From NCBI GenBank assembly GCA_030747775.1, contig JASLKB010000001.1:1803-65802 (forward strand): 64,000 nucleotides of DNA, given 5' to 3'. Positions within the stretch are counted from its first letter, which is position 1. Every line of letters starts with the position of its first letter. Shown piece by piece: positions 1 to 8,714 of this stretch. The position numbers and the translations under genes are program-made. This stretch comes from Acidimicrobiales bacterium (GTDB lineage Bacteria; Actinomycetota; Acidimicrobiia; Acidimicrobiales; MedAcidi-G1). A model generated the notes under the pieces. It ran no database searches and was not told the DNA's origin. It was given only the letters and a program-made list of their open reading frames with translations.

Positions 1-442
1 TAACGAAATCCTCCAGGTCGTCAGTGGCGAACGAGACCTTGCCGCGCACCACGTCGTCGAAGTCCATGGTCGCTCCAGCCGGCATCCGGAACCGGACGGC
101 CAGTCCGTCGACCAGCGCCGAACCGCCGACCTCCCGGTTATCGGCATCGCAGAGGTAGGCGAGGCCTCGCTCCAGGAGGTCCTCGGCCACCTCGCGGTGC
201 CGGTCCCGGCGCTCCGACTGGAAGTAGGGACCCTCGTCCCAGTCGAGACCCAGCCAATCCAGCTCGGCCAGGAGACTGTCGGTCAGGTCGGTCCGATTCC
301 GTTCGGCGTCTGTGTCCTCGATGCGGAGCACGAAAGTGCCGCCGACCGACCGGGCATGCAGCCAGTTGAACAGCGCCGTGCGGGCACTGCCGACGTGCAG
401 ATAGCCGGTGGGCGAGGGGGCGAATCGGACTCGGGACGTCAC
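1..442 (-). CDS. gltX: glutamate--tRNA ligase, 5' part (3' end lies beyond the left window edge)
   Basis: Not in the ORF track. Manual translation from GTG at 442 gives [50 protein letters not shown], the class I synthetase N-terminus typical of GltX. Confidence 0.8.
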   Translation of the reverse strand, partial: MTSRVRFAPSPTGYLHVGSARTALFNWLHARSVGGTFVLRIEDTDAERNRTDLTDSLLAELDWLGLDWDEGPYFQSERRDRHREVAEDLLERGLAYLCDADNREVGGSALVDGLAVRFRMPAGATMDFDDVVRGKVSFATDDLEDFV

Positions 443-528
443 CCGGAGGAGGCTAGCGGTGGGTCGACCACTGGCTCTGGGCCCGACCTCAATCCGGACT
501 CAGGGGTATCCGGGATCGAAGCCAGGAA

Positions 529-1176
529 TCAGGCCACGCCGAGGATGGTGCGACGGATGATCCCGGCCACCGTCTCGACCAGTAGGTCGTGCGAAACGCC
601 CCACCGTTCCAGGCCGTGCTGATGGTTTGCCACGTGAGCCAGCATCCCGACCACGACACCAGCCGAGGCCCTCGGATCACCGGGGGTATCGCGCCTCGCG
701 GCCAGGCCCATCAGCGCCTCGGTGGCACCGGCCAACAGGTTGGTCCGGATGCCCCTGAAGCGAAGGTCACCCTCCATGGAGGCCATGTCGAGCACCCGGA
801 GCACCGACTTGTGGCGAGTCCAGAACTCGAGCATCCCGTCGGCCACCCGGTGGGCCGAACCGTCCGGATCACCTTCCCAGTCTCTGTTAGTGATCAGCTT
901 CGAGAGGTCATCGTGCCAAGCCTCGCCGAGGTCGGCGGCCATGGCCAGCATTGCCGCTTCGACATCGGGGAAGTACTGGTAGAAGGTCGCCGGTGAGGTC
1001 CCAGCTTCCCGGGCAATGTCGACCACCTTGAGGTCCCGGTACGCCACCGTCTCCAACAGGACGCCGGTGGCATCCATCATCCGCTGTCGAGTCGCCAGTC
1101 CTCGACGCCCGGGGACCCGACCATCGGCGGCCCGGGGATCCCGAGCGTCCGCCACGGTGGTCGTCTGATCGCTCAC
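529..1176 (-). CDS. TetR/AcrR family transcriptional regulator
   Basis: 215-aa ORF with GTG start at 1176. The N-terminal HTH segment YRDLKVVDIAREAGTSPATFYQYFPDVEAA is typical of TetR. Confidence 0.85.
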   Translation of the reverse strand: MSDQTTTVADARDPRAADGRVPGRRGLATRQRMMDATGVLLETVAYRDLKVVDIAREAGTSPATFYQYFPDVEAAMLAMAADLGEAWHDDLSKLITNRDWEGDPDGSAHRVADGMLEFWTRHKSVLRVLDMASMEGDLRFRGIRTNLLAGATEALMGLAARRDTPGDPRASAGVVVGMLAHVANHQHGLERWGVSHDLLVETVAGIIRRTILGVA

Positions 1177-1296
1177 GAGCCTAATGGTAGGCCGGAACGC
1201 GTATCTGATACCCCGTCAGGTACCGGCTGATTTCCGTACCGTTGCGGCTTGGTCCTGGGATGTTCGAGCATGTTTCAGGGTCATCCCAGCCCGTTC

Positions 1297-2541
1297 CTAG
1301 GTCGAACCGGCTAGCCACCTGGCCGTCCCGGCCAACGACAAGTCCAACAGTGCACCCACTCCATCATCCAGTGCCGCCCGGACGGCCACCGCGGCCAACA
1401 TCCCAGTAACCGGGTCAGCCACAGCGTCGGCCACGAAGCCTGGAGGCTCGTCAAATACCAGCCCTCCCGACACAGCAGCGTCATCACCGAAAGCCACCCC
1501 ACCAGACCTCGGTCCGGTTCGGCCATAGCCGGTGATGGAGGCCCACACCACACCGCGTGCTACCTCGGCGTGCGCGTCCAGTCCCCAGTGGGCCAGAGCT
1601 CGGGGTCGACTGGCCTCGAGCACCACGTCGGCCCCGTCAACCAACCTACGGACCTGCTCGCGGCCGGCCTTCGTCGTCGGATCGACAGTCACCTCCTCCT
1701 TGGCAAGGTTCAGTGAAGCGAAGAACGAGGCTGGACCTCTACGCGCCCCGTCGGGACGATGCACGCTCTCCACCTTGACTACCCGGGAGCCAGCTCGGGC
1801 CAACAGACCACCGCAGAGCGGCGCCGCCCACAACGAGCCAAACTCGACCACCACCGGCTGGTGAGGACGTTGTCCCTGTCCGGGTCCGATCAATGCCACC
1901 AATGGCTGCGAGGGTGCTGTCCCCGGTACCCCGAGGGGTAGGCCCAGCAGGTCGGCCGCCTCCACCAACTCGGCACGAGTCCGCCCCGCCAGCGCGCGCC
2001 GGACCGCCGACCAATCCGTGGGGTCCAGTGCCGGTCCGCTGGCCACAGATCCGACCAGAGCAGGTAGGAGGTCAAAGTCCTCGGGACGCGCCAAGTTCAG
2101 ACAGACCATCCCATCGGCTGCATCGAGCAGGTGGGCGTTACCCCCTACCGAGGTTGCTCCCCTACGTCCCAACCCGGCGGCCGCAGCGCGTGCACCAACC
2201 AGCGCTGGGCCATCCACCGGCGGCCCACCGGATGCCACCCAAGCCGAAGCTAGGAAATCGACCCCCTGCACCAACCCGTCGGGCACGGAGCGGCGCGGCC
2301 CGTCGACCGGCCCGCTGAGTTCGGCGGCCGTGGAGCACAGCCACCGTCGGTTCGCCGCCACCGGGTCATCGGCACGGGGTGGTGTACAGGTCCAGCGCTG
2401 TACCTCGTCGAGGCCGGGCGATCCAATTGGTCCTGCCATCGACCCGACGCTAGCCATTCCCGCTCCAACGCCAGTTCGACGCCGAGGTGGCCCGGATAGG
2501 GCATGGTGAGCAATGCTCTGGACCGTTGGCCCGACGATCAC
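1297..2541 (-). CDS. family III CoA-transferase (CaiB/BaiF-like), atypical domain order, start uncertain
   Basis: Signature VVVEFGSLWAAPLCGGLLARAGSRVVKVESVHRPDG lies mid-protein, followed by ITGYGRTGP and ADPVTGMLAA segments. Alternative starts at 2457 or 2439 are possible. Confidence 0.7.
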   Translation of the reverse strand: MIVGPTVQSIAHHALSGPPRRRTGVGAGMASVGSMAGPIGSPGLDEVQRWTCTPPRADDPVAANRRWLCSTAAELSGPVDGPRRSVPDGLVQGVDFLASAWVASGGPPVDGPALVGARAAAAGLGRRGATSVGGNAHLLDAADGMVCLNLARPEDFDLLPALVGSVASGPALDPTDWSAVRRALAGRTRAELVEAADLLGLPLGVPGTAPSQPLVALIGPGQGQRPHQPVVVEFGSLWAAPLCGGLLARAGSRVVKVESVHRPDGARRGPASFFASLNLAKEEVTVDPTTKAGREQVRRLVDGADVVLEASRPRALAHWGLDAHAEVARGVVWASITGYGRTGPRSGGVAFGDDAAVSGGLVFDEPPGFVADAVADPVTGMLAAVAVRAALDDGVGALLDLSLAGTARWLAGST

Positions 2542-2556
2542 ACCCAGGAGTCCCCC

Positions 2557-2862
2557 ATGCCCGACATGAAGCCCGGAAGCCGGTTCACCAGCAACGTCTG
2601 CACCACTGAGGTGATCGTGGTGAGGGGAGCCGGCGAAGCTGACCTCCGCTGCGGCGGTTCCCCCATGCTGTCGGCAGGTTCGGTCCCTGATGGCGGTACC
2701 CCCGATCCCGAAGCCGCCGCTGGCACCCTTATGGGCAAGCGCTACGTGGACGCCGATGACACGCTCGAGGTGCTGTGCACCAAGCCGGGTGACGGCTCGC
2801 TCGGCTTGAGTGAGGTGCTACTGGAACTCAAGGAGGCCAAGCCCCTCCCCGCCTCTGATTGA
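2557..2862 (+). CDS. small conserved hypothetical protein (101 aa)
   Basis: ATG at 2557 is preceded by an AGGAG-like RBS. The ORF-track start at 2503 would nearly abut the divergent gene. No recognisable motif. Confidence 0.5.
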   Translation: MPDMKPGSRFTSNVCTTEVIVVRGAGEADLRCGGSPMLSAGSVPDGGTPDPEAAAGTLMGKRYVDADDTLEVLCTKPGDGSLGLSEVLLELKEAKPLPASD

Positions 2863-2921
2863 TCCGAGCCCACCTCCGACCTCCCCCGAGACCCCCTTTG
2901 TAGAGACGAGCAGGCTGAACC

Positions 2922-4484
2922 TTGAACCTGATGATGCTGCTGGAAATGGCGGCCGGTGGCTTCGGCGACCGGGTGGCCGTCGGTTCCCGTGACGGAGGCT
3001 TGACCTTCCAGCAGCTCTTCGACCGGGCCGGGGCTGCAGCCGACCGCTTCCGGGCTAGCGGAGCAGGGGTGGTGGCGATGGCCGACGTGTCATCGGTGGC
3101 CCTGCCCATCTCGCTGTTTGGAGCGGCCTGGGCCGACCTGCCGTTCGTCCCACTCAACTACCGGCTGACCGACGACGAACTGTCCGCTCTGGCGGCCCGG
3201 ATCGCCCCGGCAATCGTCCTGCTCGATCCTGAGGCCACCGGGCGTCTCGCCGACCTCGGCGACGTGGTCGTCTTGGACCGCCAGGCCCTGCTGGACGAAT
3301 TGGCTGAAGCCCCGGTGCCTGACGGCGGTTGGGATGCCGATTGGGACATGGCTGGCGAGGGAACAGCAATCCTGTTGTTCACCAGTGGAACCACCGGAGA
3401 GCCCAAGGCGGCCATGCTGCGCCACCGACACCTCGTCTCCTACGTCCTGGGGTCGGTCGAGTTCATGGGAGCCGCCGAGGACGAGGCCGCGCTGGTGAGC
3501 GTGCCGCCGTACCACATCGCTGGAATGGCGGCCCTCCTTTCCAACGTCTACGCGGGTCGACGGATCGTGCAGTTGCCCACCTTCGATGCCGGTTCATGGG
3601 TGGACCTCGTGCGGACCGAGGAGGTGACCAGCGCAATGGTGGTCCCCACCATGCTGACGCGGATCGTGGAACACCTGGATGCCGAACTCGCCGACGGGTC
3701 GACCGGCTGTGGAGTCCTACCGACGCTGCGGTCGCTGGCCTACGGCGGCGGGAAGATGCCCCGTCCCACCATCGAGCGGGCCCTCCGGTTGCTACCCGAA
3801 GTGGCGTTTGTCAACGCCTATGGCCTGACCGAAACCAGCTCCACCGTGGCTCTTCTCGGACCTCAGGAGCACCGAGACGCGCTGGCCAGCGAGGACGAGG
3901 CGGTCCGAGCGCGGCTGGGGTCAGCTGGTCGGCCGCTGCCCGCCATCGAGGTCTCGATCCGGGATGAGGATGGCACCGAGGTGCCCTTGGGGCTCCCCGG
4001 TGAGATCTGGGTGCGCGGTGAACAGGTATCCGGCGAGTACCGGGGACAGGCCCCCCGGCTCACCGCCGACGGTTGGTTCCCAACCCACGATGGTGGTCGA
4101 CTAGACGACGACGGCTTTCTCCACGTGACCGGGCGGATCGACGACGTGATTGTCAAAGGCGGCCAGAACGTGTCACCTGGTGAGATCGAGGCCGTGCTCG
4201 TCGAGCATCCGGCTGTGGCCGACGCTGCGGCTATCGGGCTGCCGGACCGGCAGTGGGGCGAACGAATCGTGGCCGCCGTAGTCCTCGCTGAAACGAGTTC
4301 GACATCTGGTGCCTCGGCCACCGCCGAGGAACTCCAGGAACTGGTCCGAAACGAGCTCCGCTCCAACCGAACGCCCGACCATGTGGAGTTCGTGGCCGCT
4401 CTCCCCTACAACGACATGGGGAAGCTGCTACGACGTGTGCTACGCACCGAGTTGGCCCACCTCGGGGACGGCTCGACCACGTGA
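2922..4484 (+). CDS. acyl-CoA synthetase / AMP-dependent ligase (FadD-like)
   Basis: AMP-binding motifs LLFTSGTTGEPKAAML, AYGLTET and GWFPTHDGGRLDDDGFLHVTGRIDDVIVKGGQNVSPGEIE. Start could be TTG 2922 or ATG 2931/2934. Confidence 0.9.
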   Translation: MNLMMLLEMAAGGFGDRVAVGSRDGGLTFQQLFDRAGAAADRFRASGAGVVAMADVSSVALPISLFGAAWADLPFVPLNYRLTDDELSALAARIAPAIVLLDPEATGRLADLGDVVVLDRQALLDELAEAPVPDGGWDADWDMAGEGTAILLFTSGTTGEPKAAMLRHRHLVSYVLGSVEFMGAAEDEAALVSVPPYHIAGMAALLSNVYAGRRIVQLPTFDAGSWVDLVRTEEVTSAMVVPTMLTRIVEHLDAELADGSTGCGVLPTLRSLAYGGGKMPRPTIERALRLLPEVAFVNAYGLTETSSTVALLGPQEHRDALASEDEAVRARLGSAGRPLPAIEVSIRDEDGTEVPLGLPGEIWVRGEQVSGEYRGQAPRLTADGWFPTHDGGRLDDDGFLHVTGRIDDVIVKGGQNVSPGEIEAVLVEHPAVADAAAIGLPDRQWGERIVAAVVLAETSSTSGASATAEELQELVRNELRSNRTPDHVEFVAALPYNDMGKLLRRVLRTELAHLGDGSTT

Positions 4485-5527
4485 TCTCATCGACGCCCGG
4501 GAGTGAACCGGCTGAAATTCTGAGTCCCGCTGTCGCCGGACGACTGCTCACCTCCCCCGCCGCTGACCTCGACCTCGGCGTGCTCCGGGGCGTCCCGATA
4601 CTCGTCATCGGCGACGCCGACCAGCTGGCAAGCGAGGTCGCCGCCACACTGGCCGACCTGCCAATGGTGTCTGTGGGGATCGCCCCGGCGGGTACCGCTC
4701 CCGCCTTCGACGTCCTGGTCGACGACGTGGACGCGGTAACTGCCGTGGTCGATGGCGTGGCGGCCAACCCGATGGCCGCCGTCACCTGCTGTCAGGCCCT
4801 CCGCTCCGGTCCGGCTCCAATGACGCCCGACGGCATCCGGACCGGGCTGCTACTGGAGAGCACCGCCTATGGCACCTTGCAGGCAGGCCCGGAGTTCGCC
4901 CGCTGGTTGGCCGGCCGCGGTCGCCGGGTACGGCCAGAGGAGCCGGAGCCACCGGTCCTCATCGACGCTTCCGGCCGCGAAGTCCATCTGAGCCTGAACC
5001 GGCCCCGGCTGAGAAACGCCTGGTCGGCCGCAATGCGCGATTCGCTGGTGGACGCTCTCCGGGCCCTGGCCGTCCCGGGCGACGACCGACCCATCCACCT
5101 GACTGGGAACGGTCCGGCCTTCTGCTGCGGCGGAGATCCGGCCGAGTTCGGTACCGTCGACGACTCGGCCACCGGCCACCTGGTGCGATCGTCTGCTAAC
5201 GCGGCGCCGTGGCTGGACCGTCTGGCCAACCGACTCACGGTGACCGTCCACGGTCCGGCAGTAGGTGCCGGCGTGGAGTTGGCCGCCTTCGCCGGCCACC
5301 TGCGAGCGACCTCCAGGGCTACCTTTCGGCTCCCCGAGGTCTCGATGGGGCTGCTTCCTGGGGCGGGCGGGACGGTCAGCGTCCCGCGCCAGATCGGCCG
5401 TCAGCGCACAGCGTGGTTGTGCCTGACCGGCGCAACCATCGACGCGACCAGGGCGCTCGACTGGGGGCTCGTCGATGAGATCAGCGACGAGCCCGTCGAC
5501 GCTCCGATCGGAGATCGAACCGACTAG
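4481..5527 (+). CDS. enoyl-CoA hydratase/isomerase (crotonase) family protein with unusual N-terminal region
   Basis: Crotonase core in the C-terminal half (LNRPRLRNAW, GNGPAFCCGGDPAEF, HGPAVGAGVELAAF, LPEVSMGLLPGAGGT). GTG start overlaps the upstream stop (GTGA). Confidence 0.8.
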   Translation: MISSTPGSEPAEILSPAVAGRLLTSPAADLDLGVLRGVPILVIGDADQLASEVAATLADLPMVSVGIAPAGTAPAFDVLVDDVDAVTAVVDGVAANPMAAVTCCQALRSGPAPMTPDGIRTGLLLESTAYGTLQAGPEFARWLAGRGRRVRPEEPEPPVLIDASGREVHLSLNRPRLRNAWSAAMRDSLVDALRALAVPGDDRPIHLTGNGPAFCCGGDPAEFGTVDDSATGHLVRSSANAAPWLDRLANRLTVTVHGPAVGAGVELAAFAGHLRATSRATFRLPEVSMGLLPGAGGTVSVPRQIGRQRTAWLCLTGATIDATRALDWGLVDEISDEPVDAPIGDRTD

Positions 5528-6675
5528 AGCCGTTCGATGATGGTGACGTTGGCCTGACCGCCGCCCTCGCACATCGTCTGGAGGCCGTAGCGGCCGCCGG
5601 TGCGCTCCAGTTCGTTGAGCAGGGTGGTCATGAGCTTGGCACCGGTGCACCCCAGCGGGTGCCCCAGAGCGATGGCCCCACCGTTCACGTTGACCTTCTC
5701 GTGGGGCACCTGGTGTTCACGCATCCACGCCAGGGGTACGGGGGCGAACGCCTCGTTGCACTCGAACAGGTCGAAGTCTTCGATCGACATGCCCGTCCGC
5801 TCCAGCGCATGAGCAGTCGCCGCAATGGGGCCGGTCAGCATGTAGATCGGATCGTCGCCACGCACGCTCATGTGGTGGATGCGAGCCCGAGGGGTAAGGC
5901 CGTGGTCGGCTACTGCCCGCTCTGAGGCGACCAGCACGGCTGCCGCCCCGTCGCTCACCTGGCTAGCCAGGGCAGCGGTGAGCCGCCCGCCCTCGACCAA
6001 GGGCGCCAGCTGGGCCATCTTCTCGAGGCTGCCGCCACGGCGGGGGCCCTCGTCGACCTCGACGCCGGCCAACGGACTGATCTCTGGATCGAACCGACCC
6101 TCGTCGATGGCCCGGATGGCCCGCTCGTGGCTCTCGAAGGCATAGACCTCCATCTCCTCGCGGGAGAGGTTCCACTTCTCGGCGATCATCTCGGCACCCC
6201 GGAACTGGGAGACCTCCTGGGTGCCGTAACGGTCCACCCAACCGGTCGAACCGGTGAAGGGGTCGTCGTGACCGAATGGCTTGGCGGCCTCGAGTGCTAG
6301 GCCAATGGGGATCATGCTCATGTTCTGCATGCCACCGGCCACGACTACGTCCTGGACCCCGGCCATGATGCCCATCGCCGCGAAGCTCACCGCTTGCTGA
6401 CCGGAGCCGCACTGCCGGTCCACGGTGGTGCCGGGCACGGCCTCGGGCAGACCGGCGGCCAACCACGCCGTGCGAGCGATGTCGCCAGCCTGCGGGCCCA
6501 GGTTGTCTAGGCAGCCCATGACCACGTCGTCGACGGCCATCGGATCAACGTCGTTGCGCTCCAGCACCTCGGCGATCACGTGGGCCCCGAGGTCGGCGGG
6601 GTGCACCTGAGACAGTCCACCGCCCTTCTTGCCGGTGGGCGTGCGGATGGCATCGACGATGTAGGCCTCGGACAT
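5524..6675 (-). CDS. acetyl-CoA C-acyltransferase (thiolase)
   Basis: MSEAYIVDAIRTPTGKKGG..., NVNGGAIALGHPLGCTGAKL and CEGGGQANV. ATG 6675 has an AGGAG upstream. The ORF-track extension to 6993 is Arg/Pro-rich and was rejected. Confidence 0.92.
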   Translation of the reverse strand: MSEAYIVDAIRTPTGKKGGGLSQVHPADLGAHVIAEVLERNDVDPMAVDDVVMGCLDNLGPQAGDIARTAWLAAGLPEAVPGTTVDRQCGSGQQAVSFAAMGIMAGVQDVVVAGGMQNMSMIPIGLALEAAKPFGHDDPFTGSTGWVDRYGTQEVSQFRGAEMIAEKWNLSREEMEVYAFESHERAIRAIDEGRFDPEISPLAGVEVDEGPRRGGSLEKMAQLAPLVEGGRLTAALASQVSDGAAAVLVASERAVADHGLTPRARIHHMSVRGDDPIYMLTGPIAATAHALERTGMSIEDFDLFECNEAFAPVPLAWMREHQVPHEKVNVNGGAIALGHPLGCTGAKLMTTLLNELERTGGRYGLQTMCEGGGQANVTIIERL

Positions 6676-6761
6676 GGCGGGTTGCTCCTGGGCTTGCGAA
6701 CCGTTGGAAAGCGAACTCTGGGAAAATCTTACGGGAGTGGAGGGCCGGCGGGCCTGATCGG

Positions 6762-7994
6762 CTAGCGGGGTTCCCGGGGCAGGCCCAGGACTCGTTCGCC
6801 GATCACGTTGCGCTGAACCTGGTTCGACCCGCCGTAGATGGTGTGGGCGCGGCTGTAGAGGAAGGTGCGCTGGAGACGGTCCAACCGGTAGTCCACGCCG
6901 AGGGGATCCTCCAGTGGCGAGGTGGCGTCTACACCGACCATGCCACTGGCCCCGCGGACCCGCATGCCCAGCTCGCCTAATCGGCGATGCCACGATGCCC
7001 AGTAGAGCTTGCCGATCGACATCTCGGGGCCAGGCACCCCGTCGGCCACTAGGGCGCTGAGCATCCGGAGTTGGTTGTACCGGAGGACCTCCAGTTCGCT
7101 CCAGGCACGCATTAGGTCCTGGCGCAGCGGCGGATCGTCGATGCTGCCATTTTCCTGGGCTAGCGCCAGAAGGGCTTCTAGCTCCTGGCGGTAGCCGGTC
7201 TGCTGGCCGAGGGTAGAGGCGCCGCGCTCGAACCCCAGGGTCCCCATGGCGACTGCCCAGCCATTACCGGCGCCGCCGATGACCAGGTCGGCGTCGGTCT
7301 CGGCATCGTCGAAGAACACCTCGTTGAACTCGGTCCCGCCGGTGATCTGCACGATGGGTCGGACCTCGATGCCGGGCTGGTCCATGGGCACCAGCAGGTA
7401 CGAGAGGCCGGCATGACGCTGGGTGTCGGGGTCGGTTCGGCACACCACGAACGCCCACTGGGCGAATTGGGCCAGCGATGTCCAGATCTTCTGACCGGTG
7501 ACCAGCCACCGGTCCTCAACTAGGCGGGCCCGGGTCGAGACGTTGGCCAGGTCGGAGCCGGCATTGGGCTCGGAGTACCCCTGACACCAGTGCTCGGTGC
7601 CCGCCAAGATCGGCGGTACGAAGCGGTCCTGCTGTTCAGCCGATCCGTAGGCCACCAATGTCGGTCCGAGCAGGGTCAGGCCGATGTTCGGGATGCGCCC
7701 TGGGGCCCGGGCCTGCACGTAGGTCTGGTGGAAGATGACCTGTTCGGCAAGCGTGGCGTCACGACCGCCGAGGTGGGTGGGGTAGTCCAAGCCCAACCAC
7801 CCTCCGGTGGCCAGTTCGCGTTCCCAGTCAAGAAGTCGCTCAGGGGCCACGTCCTCTTGGCCGACACCACCATGACCACGCAGGCCTGCGAATTCGCCGA
7901 CGAGGTGGTCCTCGAGCCAAGTCCGTACCTCGTCGGCAAACCCCTCCTCGGCGGTGCTCCGGGTGAAGTCCACGACCTGACCGTAGTCGTCCAC
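6762..7994 (-). CDS. acyl-CoA dehydrogenase
   Basis: 410-aa ORF with CQGYSEPNAGSDLANVSTRA and GQKIWTSLAQFAQWAFVVCRTD, typical of the FadE family. Confidence 0.9.
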   Translation of the reverse strand: MDDYGQVVDFTRSTAEEGFADEVRTWLEDHLVGEFAGLRGHGGVGQEDVAPERLLDWERELATGGWLGLDYPTHLGGRDATLAEQVIFHQTYVQARAPGRIPNIGLTLLGPTLVAYGSAEQQDRFVPPILAGTEHWCQGYSEPNAGSDLANVSTRARLVEDRWLVTGQKIWTSLAQFAQWAFVVCRTDPDTQRHAGLSYLLVPMDQPGIEVRPIVQITGGTEFNEVFFDDAETDADLVIGGAGNGWAVAMGTLGFERGASTLGQQTGYRQELEALLALAQENGSIDDPPLRQDLMRAWSELEVLRYNQLRMLSALVADGVPGPEMSIGKLYWASWHRRLGELGMRVRGASGMVGVDATSPLEDPLGVDYRLDRLQRTFLYSRAHTIYGGSNQVQRNVIGERVLGLPREPR

Positions 7995-8040
7995 CCGGAG
8001 AATCTGACGGTCCGTCAGATAGCCCGGCGAATCGAAGAGG

Positions 8041-8583
8041 TCAGGTCAGGAGGCGCGCCAGTGCAGAGCAGATCCCGTCCAACTGGTCAGCACACCGGCG
8101 GTACGACTCGTCCGGTCCACCCCAGGGATCGGCCACCTCGTCGGCGACCCGGCCAGCGGTGAAGTGTCCACCCCGGGCACCGTCCAGCGCTCGGACCCAA
8201 TCGGTCATCGAGCGGTCACCCCGTGGCCCAACCTGTCCACCGAGCCGGACTACCTCCGCAGCCAGAAAGGTGCGTGAACGAGCCACAGGTTCCAACAGGC
8301 CCACCGCTGATTCGTGTCGACGGGTCATGGCGACCACCAGGTTGGCCCCGGCCACCGCCTCGACCGACAGGGGCGTACTCGTGTGCGATTCGAGGTTGAT
8401 ACCGCGATCGGCGAGCACCTCGACGGCAGCTGGCGTCGCACCCAGGTCCGCTCGGTCGCGGATCTCGGTGCCCGCCGAGGCGACCACCGGAGCGTCCCCG
8501 CCCCGCTCGACCAACCGGGCCCGGAGCAGCCCCTCGGCCATAGCCGAACGGCAGGTGTTGCCGGTGCAGACGAAGAGGATCAC
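8041..8583 (-). CDS. low-molecular-weight protein-tyrosine phosphatase / ArsC-like
   Basis: N-terminal P-loop MILFVCTGNTCRSAMAEG (CX5R). Confidence 0.85.
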   Translation of the reverse strand: MILFVCTGNTCRSAMAEGLLRARLVERGGDAPVVASAGTEIRDRADLGATPAAVEVLADRGINLESHTSTPLSVEAVAGANLVVAMTRRHESAVGLLEPVARSRTFLAAEVVRLGGQVGPRGDRSMTDWVRALDGARGGHFTAGRVADEVADPWGGPDESYRRCADQLDGICSALARLLT

Positions 8584-8714
8584 CCGACCGACGGTAGTGG
8601 CCTATTCCGGAAGGTCAGTACAGGGTCACCCGGCCCCAAATGGGGCCGCTCGGACCGTCCCGCGTAGGTTGCACCCGGACCCGACACCGGGCCACCGACA
8701 ACGGGGCGTCTGAC

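Noticed and set aside
5524-6993. ORF-track N-terminal extensions (thiolase to 6993; also 9947..11176, 47170..49515, 51037..51975, 52520..53578, 31454..32665, 37743..38543, 41430..42968)
   Set aside because: The extensions are Arg/Pro-rich and overlap the upstream gene. They precede internal starts that have good RBS or stop-start overlaps and coincide with the canonical family N-termini.
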